A stretch of DNA of 63,102 bases, filler included, from Choristocarpus tenellus KU-1152 (taxonomy: Eukaryota; Protista; Phaeophyceae), in the NCBI GenBank assembly GCA_964200185.2. It is 9 parts of 9 records of this genome, joined end to end, with 100 filler letters (N's around TTAATTAATTAA, not from the genome) between each part and the next. Parts side by side here need not be neighbours in the genome. Positions count along the whole stretch, not along the records: positions 55,384 to 63,102 come from CAXNAD020005691.1; 8 more parts are not named here. One strand, given 5' to 3'. The position numbers and the translations under genes were made by a program. Below the pieces are notes generated by a model. That model did no database searches. It was not told the DNA's origin and saw nothing but the letters and a program-made list of their open reading frames with translations. This document shows, piece after piece, positions 63,051 through 63,102 of the stretch; positions within the stretch are counted from its first letter, which is position 1; every line of letters starts with the position of its first letter.

Positions 63051-63102
63051 AGCACGGAAGAGCACACCTCTGACCCCCAGTCACCCCAGAACATCCTTTG
63101 CC

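Overview
Eukaryotic, transposon-dense draft sequence, probably a stramenopile and most likely a brown alga or close relative. This is inferred from an Ectocarpus-type Copia integrase, scattered TAACCC motifs and spliceosomal introns. Eight identical 100-bp spacers (N44-TTAATTAATTAA-N44) break the window, so linkage across them is unproven. Host genes are sparse: a spliced calmodulin/centrin-like 4-EF-hand gene with a predicted GC-AG intron, the first exon of ATG3, an S6 exon of a voltage-gated cation channel, a C2-domain exon, an EF-hand-protein-like exon, an ARF pseudo-exon and a 78-bp coding tandem array resembling a parallel beta-helix. The rest is mobile DNA. About 30 short TIR elements fall into five subfamilies that share a GAG(T/C)(C/G)AAA-like terminus and show mixed 3- and 4-bp TSDs (Sola2-like), alongside a decayed Sola-like transposase. 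There are also a decayed LINE, two Tc1/mariner-group relics, a Copia PR-integrase, and an LTR element with a tRNA-Gln-type PBS and a CCCH zinc finger in Gag, plus two further copies of its LTR. No CRISPR, rRNA or convincing tRNA was seen. All protein calls come from motif recognition by eye; no searches were run.
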